A stretch of 64,000 nucleotides of DNA from Mobula hypostoma. Lineage: Eukaryota. Shown piece after piece: positions 37,266 to 49,990 of this stretch (position 1 is its first letter; the number at the start of each line of letters is the position of its first letter). The notes under the pieces were generated by a model. It did no database searches and was not told the origin of the DNA. It saw nothing but the letters and a program-made list of their open reading frames with translations. Both the position numbers and the translations under genes were made by a program. The stretch covers positions 35,528,001 to 35,592,000 of the forward strand of contig NC_086108.1 in NCBI RefSeq assembly GCF_963921235.1. The letters run 5' to 3'.

Positions 37266-38163
37266 GAATCATAGAAACATAGAAAACCTACACCACAATA
37301 CAGGCTCTTTGGCCCACAAAGCTGTGCCAAACATGTACTTACTTTAGAAATTACTACGGTTACCCATAGCCCTCTATTTTTCTAAGCTCCATGTACCTAT
37401 CCAAAAGTCCCTTAAAAGACCCTATTGTATCTGCCTCCACCACCATTGCTGGCAGCCCATTCCACACACTCACCACTCTGTGGAAAAAACTTACCCCTGA
37501 CATCTCCTCTGTACTTACTCCCCAGCACCTTAAATCTGTGCCCTCTTGTGGCAGCCATTTCAGCCCTGGGAAAAAACCTCTGACTATCCATACGATTAGT
37601 GCCTCTCGTCATCTTATACACCTCTATTAGGTCACCTCTCATCCTTCGTCGCTCCAAGGAGAAAAGGCCGAGTTCACTCAACCTGCCTTCATAAGGCATG
37701 CTCCCCAATGCAGGCAACATCTTTGTAAATCTCCTCTGCACCTTTTCTATGGTTTCCACATCCTTCTTGTAGTGAGGCGACCAGAACTGAGCACAGTACT
37801 CCAAGTGGGGTCTGACCAGGGTCCTATATAGCTGCAACATTACCTCTGAGCTCCTAAATTCAAGTCCATAATTGATGAAGGTCAATACACCGTATGCCCT
37901 CTTAACCACAGAGTCAACCTGCGCAGTTGCTTTGAGCGTCCTATGGACTCGGACCCCAAGATCCCTCTGATCCTCCACACTGCCAAGAGTCTTACCATTA
38001 ATACTATATTCTGTCATCATATTTGACCTACCAAAATGAACCACTTCACACTTATCTGGGATGAACTCCATCTGCCACTTCTCAGCCCAGTTTTGCATTC
38101 TATCAATGTCCCGCTGTAACCTCTGACAGCCCTCCACACTATCCACAGCACCTCCAACTCTTT
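37266..38163 (-). mobile_element. Younger 5'-truncated CR1
   Basis: ORF 37412-38221: LQRDIDRMQNWAEKWQMEF..LVRPHLEYC..LERRRMRGDLIEVYK. CATAGAAA tail. TSD GTTTA at 37261-37265 and 38164-38168. Confidence 0.9.
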
Positions 38164-38459
38164 GTTTAATCCTGATAGTTGTGAGCTGACTTGTTTGGGA
38201 AGATGGAAAAGGCGAGTGCATACATACTGTATGGTGGGGCCCCAGGGAGTATTGAAAAAAAGAGGGATCCTATTGTGCAGGTCCAAATTCGATAGGAGGC
38301 AAGAGATATACTGTAGATAAGGTGGTAAAGGAGATATATAAGGTGGATGACTTCATTATTTGGACATAATATATAAGAGCAGGAATGCAATGTACAACTT
38401 TAGATTTCACTGCTTAAGCCACATAGAGCATATTGTGTGCATTTCTTATCTTCATACAC

Positions 38460-38805
38460 AGTGGCGTGGTGGTTAGTGTGACGTTATTACGCCTTGGGGC
38501 ATCAGAGCTCAGAGTTCAATTCCGGCACCCTCTGTAAACAAGTTTGCACATACACGAGAGAAAATCTGCAGAGTACAATTGATGTTTCGGACAGAGACCT
38601 TTCAGTATGTGCCTGGCTTTCCTACGGGTGCTCTGGTTTCCTTCCACAGTCCAAAGACTGACTGGTTAGTAGGTCACTTGGTCATTGTAAATTGTCCCCT
38701 GCTGAGGCTAGGGTTAAGTCGGTGGGTTGCTGGGTGCCACGGCTCTGCGGGCCAGAAAGGCTTGCTTCATGCTGAATCTCTAAATAACATAAATAATAAA
38801 TAAAT
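38460..38805 (+). mobile_element. V-SINE-like element containing a small Penelope-terminus remnant (~38550-38604)
   Basis: A box TGGCGTGGTGG, B box GTTCAATTCC, GGGTGCTCTGGTTTCCTTCCACAGTCCAAAGAC, and a TAAA-rich tail. Confidence 0.7.
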
Positions 38806-39749
38806 ATATACTATAGGAAGGATGCGATTGTACTGGGCAGGGAACGGAGGTGAGAAGGGAGAGATTTAACTGGAAGCTGAAGGGCCACATATTAGCAACA
38901 TTTAAGAAACCTTTAGACAGATACATGGATAGGAAAGGTGTATGGGCCAAAGGAGGGTAAGTGGGACTATTGTAGATGGACATTGTGGTTGCTATGGACC
39001 AGTTAGACCGAAAGGCACGTTCCCATTCTGACTCGAAGATGCCTGCAAATCTTCAACAGCCAGCAAATCCATCTCCGTGCAAACTTCCAAACAGAATGTA
39101 CAGCATCTCAGACCACTAATTTCCAATGAAAATATTACCTGCACCTCAGCAGCATAAATCCACACTGTAAAGCTGTATCTGCACTGGCTAACTTCAAATC
39201 ACTTGATTCACCTCACACTTACACCTAGAGTCATAGAACAATTCTGTCCTGGCAACTTCCTCCTAATTTTTTTCTCACTCTTTCCAGTTTATATAACCAT
39301 ATAATTTATTTCATGTTTTCTCTCCTTATGGCTTTTTTCCAGTTCCCCTCTGTTGGTTTTTAAGAGCATCCCAATCCTCTAAATTTCCACTAATTTTTGG
39401 TTTTATGCTGCCTTTAACTTCCCTTGTCAGTCATGGTGGCATAAACTTCTCTTTAGAATACTTCTTCTTATTTTGAATACTTCATTTTTGAAATGTATCT
39501 ATCCTGTACCTTTTGAAATGCTTAAAGAAACTCTAGCCATTGCCATTCTGCCATCATCCCAGATAGTGTCTCCTACTCATCAACTTTGGCCAGCTCCTCT
39601 CTCATGCTTCAGGAATTCCCTTAACTCCACTGTAATACTGATATATCTGACTTTAGCTTCTCCCTCTCAAACTGCAGAGTGAATTCTATGATCACTGTTT
39701 CCCAAGGGTCCTTTACCTAATCAATTTTGACCCTGGATTAACAGTTCTG

Positions 39750-40720
39750 TACGAGCAACACTTACCGTGCGACGCAGAGCTTACATTGCTGGGAATCAGC
39801 AGGAACTGAAGAAATGCAGCTACGATCTGTGCAATCATCAGGGCAGCGAATCAACAATACCGGGTTCAGGATTCAGGCTCAACTCTCCACCAACAGCACA
39901 CGCAGCTTATGGCAACATCTGCACACCATCACAGACTTCGAAGGTAAATGCAGTGGATTTATCAACATCACTGCCTCTCTGCTAGGCAAGCTAAATCTTT
40001 TTTTTAACGCTCAATTCAGTGTTGCCAATACTGATGAGCCCGAGGAGAGCTGCTGATGTGATCTGCAGCCTGGTCATCTCTGAGGCTGAAGTACACAGGT
40101 GTTTCCAACGAGTCTGTGCGACCGGACGGCATCCCAGGACGGGTACTCAGGGTGTGTGTGGCACAACTGGCGAGTGTGTTTACAGACATTGTTAATCTCT
40201 CCCTCTCCCAGTGCCCTCCTGCTTCAAATTATCCACCATTGTTCCTGTATCTAAAAAGACCAAGGTAACATGTCTGAACAACTGGCGTCCTGTCGCAATG
40301 ACTTCAATAATAAGTAAATGCTTTGAGGGGCAGATCAAGGACTACATCTGCAGCTTGCTGCCACCCACAGTGGACCCACTACAATTCGCCTACCGAAACA
40401 ACCGATCGACAGATGACACGATAGCCACTGCTCTACGCACTGTCCTTACACATCTGGAGAAGAGGGATGCTTATGTGAGAACGCTGTCCTTGGACTACAG
40501 TTTACTATTCAACACCCTAACTCCATCCGGGCTCAACGAGAAGCTCAGAGACCTCGGCCTTCACCCTGCCTTGTGTAGCTGGATCCTGGACTTCCTGTCA
40601 GATCGCCGGCAGGTGGTAAGAGTGGCTCCCTCACCTCTGCCCCTCCTACCCTCAACACAGGTGCCCTTCAGGGCTGTGTACTAAGCCCGCTCCTTTACTC
40701 TTTGTACACCCAAACTGTGT
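39750..40720 (+). mobile_element. Rex1/Babar internal RT fragment
   Basis: ORF 40211-40684: CFKLSTIVPV..CLNNWRPVAMTS..DPLQFAYRNNRSTDD..WILDFLSDR. Confidence 0.9.
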
Positions 40721-41770
40721 CGTTTAACTATGTCTTTCCAATAACTAGGTGACTAAAACTGTACATAGTTCTCCAAGTGTGCCCTCCAGCTGCAATGTGA
40801 TAGCCCAGTTCCTATACTCAGTTCTCTGACTAAAGGAGGCCAGCATGCTAAGTTCCTTTTTCACCACCCTGTTTACCTGTAATGTCACTTTCAATGAGCT
40901 ACGTACTTGTCATCCTCCATTCCATTACACTCCCTCATGCCCTATTATTCATACGTGGTATGGTTTGATTTTCCAAATGACATTGCCTCACATTTAACCT
41001 GCATTGCAATCTATTTGCCACTCTTTGTATTCAGACATTGTGCCCTCCGGTCCTGGACTCCACCTCCATAGAAAATATCCTCTCTATGTTCACCCTATCT
41101 AGGCCTTTCAATATTCAATGAGATCCCCCTCATTCTTCTGAATGCCAGTGAGTACGGGGCCAGAGTCATCAAACACTACTCATACATTAATCATTTTATT
41201 CCTGAGATAATTTGTGTGAACTCCTGCTGATCATCTCCAATGTCAGCACATTGTTTCTTAGATGGGGGGACCAAAACTGCTCCCAATACTCCAAGTGCTG
41301 TCTGACCAACGCATTATAAAGCCTCATTATGGCCCACTTCCCTAACTGATTGAGATTACTCTGTAACATATGATAAGTCTCTTCACTATCAGAAATACCC
41401 CCTAATTTTATGTTATCTGCAAACTTGCTGATGAAGGCTTGTGTATGCACTTCTATGTCATTTATATAAAGAACAAATAACAAGCGTACCAACAGTGGAT
41501 CCCTATGGCACACCACTGGACACTGGCCTGTATTCCAAAAGACAGCTTTCAACCACAACTCTCTGCTTCTTCCCTTTGAGATCATTCTGAATCTACCTAA
41601 CTCACCCTGAATTCCAAAGAACCTAATCTTTCAGACCAGTTTGCCACGCAGTATATTGTCGAAGGCCTTGCTAAAGTCCAAATAGACAACATCTGCTGAC
41701 CTACTCTCATCTACTCTTTAGATCACCTTTACAAAGAACTCTAAAAGATTTGTTAAATGTAAAATCCCAC
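40720..41770 (-). mobile_element. Old CR1 RT fragments
   Basis: ORF 41196-41585: LFVLYINDI..ISKFADNIKLGG..LYNALVRQHLEY. Confidence 0.8.
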
Positions 41771-42224
41771 ACACTTCCTCTGCTATGAAGTTAGGGAAAG
41801 CTTGTTTCAAAACTGCTTAAAAATTCTTTAGAAATATTTGTAATGTTGAAAATTCATAAGTCATCTCAGTCATATTTACAAGTATCAAAAATTCAAATAT
41901 TTGTAACACAGAGAAGGCCAGTATGCAAAAGCATGATGAGTGGATTGTGGATAGAGTGGGTAGTGAGAAAATGTCCCTATAGTAGAGGTTTCTCAAACTG
42001 GAGGACATGGGTTTAGAATGAGATAGGAGGGGTAGAGAGAATCTGAAGATGACTTTGTTTCACCCAGACACTTGTTAAAATCTGAATACATTACCTAGGT
42101 GTGTAATGGAGGAAATGCTTATCCAGTCTAAAATGTCAAAGGTGATAGAACAAGTGCTGGTAAATGGAGTTAGCATAGAGAGACACACAGTGGAAGTTCC
42201 TGTTTCTGTACTGTATAATATCAA

Positions 42225-42595
42225 CATCGTCATGTGCTGTGCTGTATGATGTGGGCGATCATGGTCAAATGATCATGATCGTTCTTGGCAAACTTTTCGA
42301 CAGAATTGGTTTGCCATTGCCTTCTTCTGGACAGTGTCTTTACAAGGCAGGAGACCTCAGACATTATCAATACCCTTCAGAGATTGTCTGCCTGGTGTCA
42401 GTGGTCACAGAACCAGGACTTGCGATATGCACTGGCTGCTCTTACGACCATCCACCACCTGCTGCCATAGTTTCATGTGACCCTGATCGGGGGACTGACT
42501 GGTGCTATGGCTTGCCCAGAAGTGACCTGCAGGCTAGTGGAGAGAAGAAGCACCTTACACCTCCTTTGGTAGAGATGTATCTCCACCCCACCACT
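42225..42595 (-). mobile_element. Short interspersed element; related to the inverted copy at 49540-49990
   Basis: CCTTACACCTCCTTTGGTAGAGATGTATCTCCAC (42552) is close to the reverse complement of GTGGAAATACGCCTCTACCAAAGGAAGTGTAAG (49550). TGCCTTCTTCTGGACAGTGTCTTTA is also shared. Confidence 0.65.
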
Positions 42596-43183
42596 CTCTA
42601 CTATATAACACGATGACTTTATGATTGATTATTGACAACTTCTCTTACTTGAGCCTGTTGAAGAGGAGTTTTCAAGCAAAGCATGGTCTGCAACATCCAC
42701 CCATATTCAAAATTTTTATATTTTAAGGTTTATTTAATGAGTGTAGACAAAATATAGTACACTGAGAAAACTATGAATTGAATGTTACAAAGTTTTTAAC
42801 ACAATTTTACTAATAACAATAAAAGTCCAGCAGTTTACCATTCAAATATATCAAGGAATATATAATATATACATACACACGTATATGCAAAAACATAAAC
42901 AATTGCAATTTAGCAATGATTCCTTGACATTCAATATCATTACTATCACTGTATGCACCCTTTAGCAACATCCTGGGGATTCCCATTAACCAGACTCTCA
43001 GCTAGACTAGACTATCGGTCAAAGGCTGGAGAAACCGGGAATGAGAGACTCACCTTCCAACACCCAAAGTCTTTGTGCCATCACCACCCTCCATTTGCCT
43101 AGATCGATGCTGGTTCAACAACCTCAAGAAGGTTTATCACCATCCAGGACTATGGCGTGTGTTTGTTTGGAAGCCAGTTAACC

Positions 43184-43499
43184 CGTCACAGCGAGCACTG
43201 TCAGATGACTGGGCCCACATGCAGAGGAATGACAGGCTCCTCTGTAGAGACAGAAACACGAGTTTATTCACAGGAATTCTAACTGAACATCGGTGGTTTG
43301 ACCAAGCAACACAGTGAGATGAAGCGCTTGTGAAATACACAAGGACCCCGCGATCTAAGCTAATTGGGAATCCGCTTTAAATAAGCACAATATGCTGAAA
43401 ACCCGTGCCAGTCAAAACAAATTAACAAGATTAAACAGGAAGCACAAGGGCTTAATGACTAGATAAGACAACAATTAACAAAATACAGGCCACATGACA
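43184..43499 (-). mobile_element. Solo LTR
   Basis: Termini (C)GTCAC...ATGACA. TSD-like TAACC (43179-43183) vs CAACC (43500-43504). AATAAA on the minus strand (~43263). Confidence 0.6.
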
Positions 43500-43779
43500 C
43501 AACCACCCTAAATAATCATCTCTCCATCACTAATGCACAGTAGCCACAGAGGATATACCATTTACAAATGCAATTTGCCTAGGCTACTCTGATATTCCTT
43601 TCAAACTCAGAGAGTCTATTAGCAAGGAGAATGACAGCAGGCGCATAGCAACATTGTCACCTGCAGATTCCTTACCAAGTCATACAGAGTTCTGATTAGG
43701 AACTATATTTCCTCTCAGTTTCCTGGGTCTCCTTACACATCGCTATTCTGAGAACAGCTTCACCCGAGGGTTGCTTGCA

Positions 43780-44695
43780 TCGTGCACTGGGGGGCTCTCT
43801 TTACTTACCTGATGAGTTAACATGCCTTTTATACAGGAGCAGTTGTCATCAGGTGGTGCCCAACCTTTACAGAGTGTTTCAACCTTTAACCACTACACTC
43901 TTCAGCTGGTGGGTCGGCAGTGGTGGTCAAGTCACTGCCCATCTGCTCCTGACTTCCAGCTCAACTCCTCTCACCTGCTCCACACCCAGCAAGAGGCTCC
44001 TCCTGCTTCCTCCCCCATCCTGTGAGCTGCTTGTTTCTTGCTTTTTCATCAAGGCCCACTGCAGACAGCAACCTCCATGTTGACCTCGCCGTGAACCCCC
44101 TATAGCTGATCTCCATGGGGAATAGCCACATCTGCCATCCTTTGTCCCTGCACTCCTGGACTAAGGACTGGTACCGAAGGGCCTTCCTCTCATGAGCCTC
44201 CTTGTATTCTTCCTGCCATAGCACTGTGAGCTCCACCAGGATGATGTTCTTGTCTTCAGTGGACCACAGTACGATGTCTGGTCAAAGTGTGTTTTGCACC
44301 ACTTCCGGGAACTGTAGCTTCCTCCTCATACTGACCTTCATCTCCCATGATGTGGCAGTTTGCAGCAGATTGGATTTAGGCCTCTTTGATATGACTGGCG
44401 TGGCCCTCTTCCAGTTTGCCCCTCGGCCAGCTGGTCTCATTTAAAACCTTTCCCATTCCGGTATGTCAACAAGGGACAGCAAGAGCTTGTCGTGGTATCA
44501 CCTATACCATCCTTACGTTAAAACTGTTTTGCATCCTGACCACAAAGCTTTTGCAGTTAGGTCCTCTCTCAGCCCCCTTGTGTGCAGCTGGGATGGTGTC
44601 GATACCCGCCTTTCGTCCTCATGGTCCCATAACTCTGCTTGGACCATACCATGACTGTCCCTTGCACTTGCACATCCCCATCATTGCTGGCAATA
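43780..44695 (-). mobile_element. Non-LTR retrotransposon 3' end with restriction-like endonuclease (R2/Hero-like)
   Basis: SGCKTVLT.GWYR.YHDK zinc-knuckle region, then TL*PDIVLWS..IILVELTVLWQEE..AHERKALRY..GWQ..FPMEISYRGF. Confidence 0.8.
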
Positions 44696-46099
44696 CCCTT
44701 CCTGGGAAAGGAATAAAACATTTATTACATGTGCTGACTCATGGATTTTTTTGTGGGGATGCAGATAAATTTGAGGCAAAAAAGTGGAGTGTAATCCAAC
44801 GACCAAATTCATGAGTTATATGCGTCCAGTTTCCTCACTGGGCCAAAATTGGAAACATGCTCCCATCATGATTAATTGGTTCGTTTTAGAGAAATAAAAT
44901 AATTCTGTACAATAAGAGTTTATCTTGATATGTACAGTACGTGATATTTGGAAAGCATCATGGGTAATGTAAGATGACAGGATGAAATTCACAGGTATGT
45001 TATGCTCGTAATGCCTGGAGTGTTATGAATAAATTGTTTCTTAACAAAAAAAAACTGCTGGGGGCAAGAACATCTCAGAAATTTCCGGCCCGGTTCTAAG
45101 ATGTCTCACTGAGCTTGCACTGGAAAGATACGCCAGCCCAGAAGGTTGCACTCACGGACATTTTCTTTCTGTCCAAAATCTGTGAGGAAAGGATGTGGGG
45201 AAATGAAAGCATTCTCTAGATATGAAGCACTCTTCATGAAAGACAACTATGCAGCTTGAATTTTCCATCATTTTTATGTAAGGTTAAATCCTGCTTTTCT
45301 GCTTTGCCACATCTTAAATTTCTAATTACCCAAAGCCTTATAAAGTCTTATTGATAGTTAAAGTAAAGCCACTATTAAACATCAATAAATTTAGACATGC
45401 ACCGCTCTATTGATGTGGCGAGGTCCCAACCAGATTGTCACAGGAGCACCTTGCAGTGTTGCAAAGGGATCGATGAATGGGAATTCTTGTGTGTTCCTGA
45501 TGTCCAGATGCAGAAATTGTATTGGGTACATTGGGGTGACTCTGGTTTGAAAGAGTCCAGTCAAGTTTCACGACTGGAGAATCGAACCAAAAATTGGCGT
45601 ACGCACAATTTATTCAGTGTCAATCTTCAATTGCAGAAGGATAGGAGAGCAAAAAACAAGGCTATCTAAATTCTTATTTATGATTCCTAATTCGAGAGAC
45701 TTTTGCAAGTGGAAACTTTCTCTATGCATGTGCTTTATTTTATATGCGGTTCTCTAGAAGAATTTTATAAAATATTGCTTAGGAGGAATATTTTGAAGCC
45801 ATGGAACTGTAAAGATGTAGCAGCACAACAATAGATTGTCTGAGAACAAGAAACCAGAGACAAATGCAGATAATGATCTTCTATCCAGAAAGTGGTTTGT
45901 GGTGGTGTTCTCCAAGAATCAGTTTTAGTTCACACTAAGTGTATGCTCTGCAGAAGGCATTAAATAGTCTGCTTTTGAAATGGAAATGATCAAAAGATAA
46001 ACAGTGAAGTTTGACATAGGATATTGAAGTAAGAAGACATGACCAGTAAAGTTCAATATAAAGAAGCGATGCGTTTGAAGGAAGAAGTATGATAAACTG

Positions 46100-46654
46100 T
46101 ACCTCTGGCCACTTTATTAGATACACCTGTGCACCTGCTCGTTAATGCAAATATCTAACCAGCGAATCATGTGGCAGAAGCCCTATGCATAAAAGCACAT
46201 AGACATGGTCAGGAGGGTCAGTTGTTGTTCAGACCAAACATCAGAAAGTGATCTAAGGAAGAAATGTGATCTAAGTGACTTTGACAGTGGTATGTTTGTT
46301 CGTGCCAGACAGGTGGGGCTTGAATATCTCCTGGGATTTTCACACACAACAATCTCTAGAGTTTATAGGGAATGATGTGATATGCAAAAGACACATCCAG
46401 TGAGCAGCAATTCTGCAAGTGAAAATGGTTTGTTAATGAGATGAGAATGGCCAGACTGGTTCGAGCTGACAGAACGGCGACAGTAACTCAAATAACCACG
46501 TGTTACAACAGTGGTGTGCAGAAGAGCATTTCTGAATGTACAACACATCAAACCTTGAAGAGGTTGGGCTACAGCAGCAGAAGACTATGAACATACACTC
46601 AGTGGCCACTTTATTAGGTACAGCAGGTACCTAATAAAGTGGCTAGCAAGTGTA
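46100..46654 (+). mobile_element. Non-autonomous Tc1-like DNA transposon
   Basis: TIR TGGCCACTTTATTAG. Decayed transposase N-terminus DLSDFDSGMFVRAR..LLGFSHTTISRVYRE (46269-46373). Terminal TIR hairpin ending TGTA. Confidence 0.8.
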
Positions 46655-47110
46655 TATGACACAAGTCTGAAAAGAACAGATAAGCAAGGAAGTCTTGATT
46701 TGCACTTACATAAATCTTTAAAGGTGACAAAGAACTTTATGGATAAAGGACATTATGGGTTACTTGGGTTGAAAAATAAAATGAACTGAAATCACAGCGG
46801 GCAACATGCTGGAACTTAAATGACTGTTTCGGCTTTGGCTGAAGAAGTATATTCAGCTCTGAACACCACTAAACATTGCAGCATGTCTTGGAAAGAAACA
46901 AAGGAGATTCATCAGAGGATCTTATGAAGGGTGATGAACTTTATTGGGAGGTTCTCCTTGATGGTGTTAGAGGTGGTTCCCAATGGCCACAATCTGCCAA
47001 ATTTAGTACCACTTTTATAAACTACTTATGGACTTTTTCCATTGCTCCAATGTCTGTTTTATGATATGGAGAACAAAATGGAGAACTTATAGTTTCTGAA
47101 GTTTCAGTTA

Positions 47111-49304
47111 ACCATAGAAACCATAGAAACTACAGCACAGAAACAGGCCTTTTGGCCCTTCTTGGCTGTGCCGAACCATTTTCTGCCTAGTCCCACTGAC
47201 CTGCACACGGACCATATCCCTCCATACACCTCCCATCCATGTATCTGTCCAATTTTTTCTTAAATGTTAAAAAAGAACCTGCATTTACCACCTCATCTGG
47301 CAGCTCATTCCATACTCCCACCACTCTCTGTGTGAAGAAGCCCCCCCTAATGTTCCCTTTAAACTTTTCCCCCTCACCCTTAACCCATGTCCTCTGGTTT
47401 TTTTCTCCCCTTGCCTCAGTGGAAAAAGCCTGCTTGCATTCACTCTATCTATACCCATCATAATTTTATATACCTCTATCAAATCTCCCCTCATTCTTCT
47501 ACGCTCCAGGGAATAAAGTCCTAACCTATTCAACCTTTCTCTGTAACTGAGTTTCTCAAGTCCTGGCAACATTCTTGTAAACCTTCTCTGCACTCTTTCA
47601 ACCTTATTTATATCCTTCCTGTAATTTGGTGACCAAAACTGAACACAATACTCCAGATTTGGCCTCACCAATGCCTTATACAACCTCATCATAACATTCC
47701 AGCTCTTATACTCAATACTTTGTTTAATAAAGGCCAATGTACCAAAAGCTCTCTTTACGACCCTATCTACCTGTGATGCCACTTTTAGGGAATTTTGTAT
47801 CTGTATTCCCAGATCCCTCTGTTCTACTGCACTCCTCAGTGCCTTACCATTAACCCTGTATGTTCTACCTTGGTTTGTCCTTCCAACGTGCAATACCTCA
47901 CACTTGTCTGTATTAAACTCCATCTGCCATTTTTCAGCCCATTTTTCCAGCTGGTCCAAGTCCCTCTGCAGGCTCTGAAAATCTTCCTCATTGTCTACTA
48001 CACCTCCAATCTTTGTATCATCAGCAAATTTGCTAATCCAATTTACCACATTATCATCCAGATGATTGATATAGATGACAAATAACAATGGACCCAGCAC
48101 TGATCCCTGTGGCACACCACTAGTCACAGGCCTCCACTCAGAGAAGCAATTCTCTACCACCACTCTTTGGCTTCTACCATTGAGCCAATGTCTAATCCAA
48201 TTTACCACCTCTCCATGTATACCTAGCGACTGAATTTTCCTAACTAACCTTCCATGCGGGACCTTGTCAAAGGCCTTACTGAAATCCATGTAGGCAATAT
48301 CCACTGCCTTCCCTTCATCCACTTTCCTGGTAACCTCCTCGAAAAACTCCAATAGATTGGTCAAACATGACCTACCACGCACAAAGCCATGTTGACTCTC
48401 CCTAATAAGTCCCTGTCTATCCAAATGCTTGTAGATTCTGTCTCTTAGTACTCCCTCCAATAACTTACCTACTACCGACATTAAACTCACTGGCCTATAA
48501 TTTCCCGGATTACTTTTCGATCCTTTTTTCTGCCAGGCCCCCGCAATTTCAACACTCGTCTCCTTCAAGGTCCAAGGGAACACCCTGTCAGGTCCTGGGG
48601 ATTTATCCACTTTAATTTTCCTCAAGACAGCAAGTACCTCCTCCTTTTCAATCTGTACAGTTTCCATGATCTCACTACTTGATTCCCTCAATTCCATAGA
48701 CTTCATGCCAGTTTCCTTAGTAAATAGAGACGCAAAAAACCTATTTAAGATCTCCCCCATTTCCTTTGGTTCCGCACATAGCCGACCACTCTGATCTTCA
48801 AGTGGACCAATTTTATCCCTTACAATCCTTTTGCTCTTAATATACCTGTAAAAGCTCTTTGGATTATCCTTCACTTTGACTGCCAAGGCAACCTCATGTC
48901 TTCTTTTAGCACTCCTGATTTCTTTCTTAAGTATTTTCTTGCACTTCTTATGCTCCTCAAGCACCTGATTTACTCCCTGTTTCCTATACATTTCATACAA
49001 CTCCCTCTTCTTCTTTATCAGAGTTGCAATATCCCTTGAGAACCAAGGTTCCTTATTCGTATTCAATTTGCCTTTAACCCTAACAGGAACATACAAACTC
49101 TGCACTCTCAAAATTTCCCCTTTGAAGGCTTCCCACCTACCAATCACATCTTTGCCAGAGAACAACCTGTCCCAATCCACGCTTTATAGATCCTTTCTCA
49201 TTTCTTCAAATTTGGCCTTCTTCCAGTTAAGAACCTCAACCCTAGGACCAGATCTATCCTTGTCCATGATCAAATTGAAACTAATGGTGTTATGATCACT
49301 GGAA
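47111..49304 (-). mobile_element. Young 5'-truncated CR1, sister of the copy at 1-2665
   Basis: 631-aa ORF nearly identical to the first copy. Has an internal deletion at ~48530 and a frameshift near 47372. CCATAGAAA tail. Confidence 0.95.
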
Positions 49305-49539
49305 TAGTTGATTTCACTATTTCAGAATTCCCTGCCCTTGGAAGTAAATTCTAGTGTTTTGCTGTTTATAATTTCCCAAATCATTTTAATATTCCACACC
49401 ATTAGGGCCCTTGTTAGATGGGGTGTTGAGAATTGTTCAGTTTTCTCCATCAAAATACACAGTCATGTTTATCTACAATATTACTTATTTCCTATTAACA
49501 TAGCAGTCTGCATGCTTTATAATATCTTCTTGTAATATA

Positions 49540-49990
49540 GGGCGGTGGAGTGGAAATACGCCTCTACCAAAGGAAGTGTAAGATGCTCCTTCCCTCCGCT
49601 AGCCGACACGTCACCACTGGAAAAGGTGTAGCCCCTGCTTAGCCTCTGCACCACCACCCCCACCCCGATCAGGGTCACATGAAGCCTTGAAAGCAAGTGG
49701 TGGATGGTCGTATGAGCCGCTAGTGCATTTCACAAGTTCTGGTTATGGAACCACTAACACCAGGCAGACAATCTCTAAAGCATTGATAACGGCTGGGGTC
49801 ACCTGCCTTTAAAGACACTGTCCAGAAGAAGGCAATTACAAACCACTTCTGTATAAAAATTTTCCGAGAACAATGCTGGCTATGGAAAGAGAAAAGAATA
49901 AGAACAACAGCGTGAAAGGGTCTTCCCCACAGGCCATGATCACCCACATCATTCGACACGACACATAATGATGACGATGGTCTCGTAGTA
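49540..49990 (+). mobile_element. Short interspersed element, same family as 42225-42595
   Basis: Shared blocks in opposite orientation; ends ATAATGATGACGATG. Confidence 0.65.

Larger units (their letters stand above)
36780..39030 (+). mobile_element. Old CR1 RT/3' remnant hosting a younger CR1 and a SINE
   Basis: Decayed LERQGL, KPVTS and IGGV motifs before 37265. FNPDSCE resumes at 38165. CR1-type 3' end at 38840-39030. Confidence 0.6.

Noticed and set aside
38460..38530. tRNA gene
   Set aside because: A and B boxes are present but there is no cloverleaf, and it continues into a SINE body.
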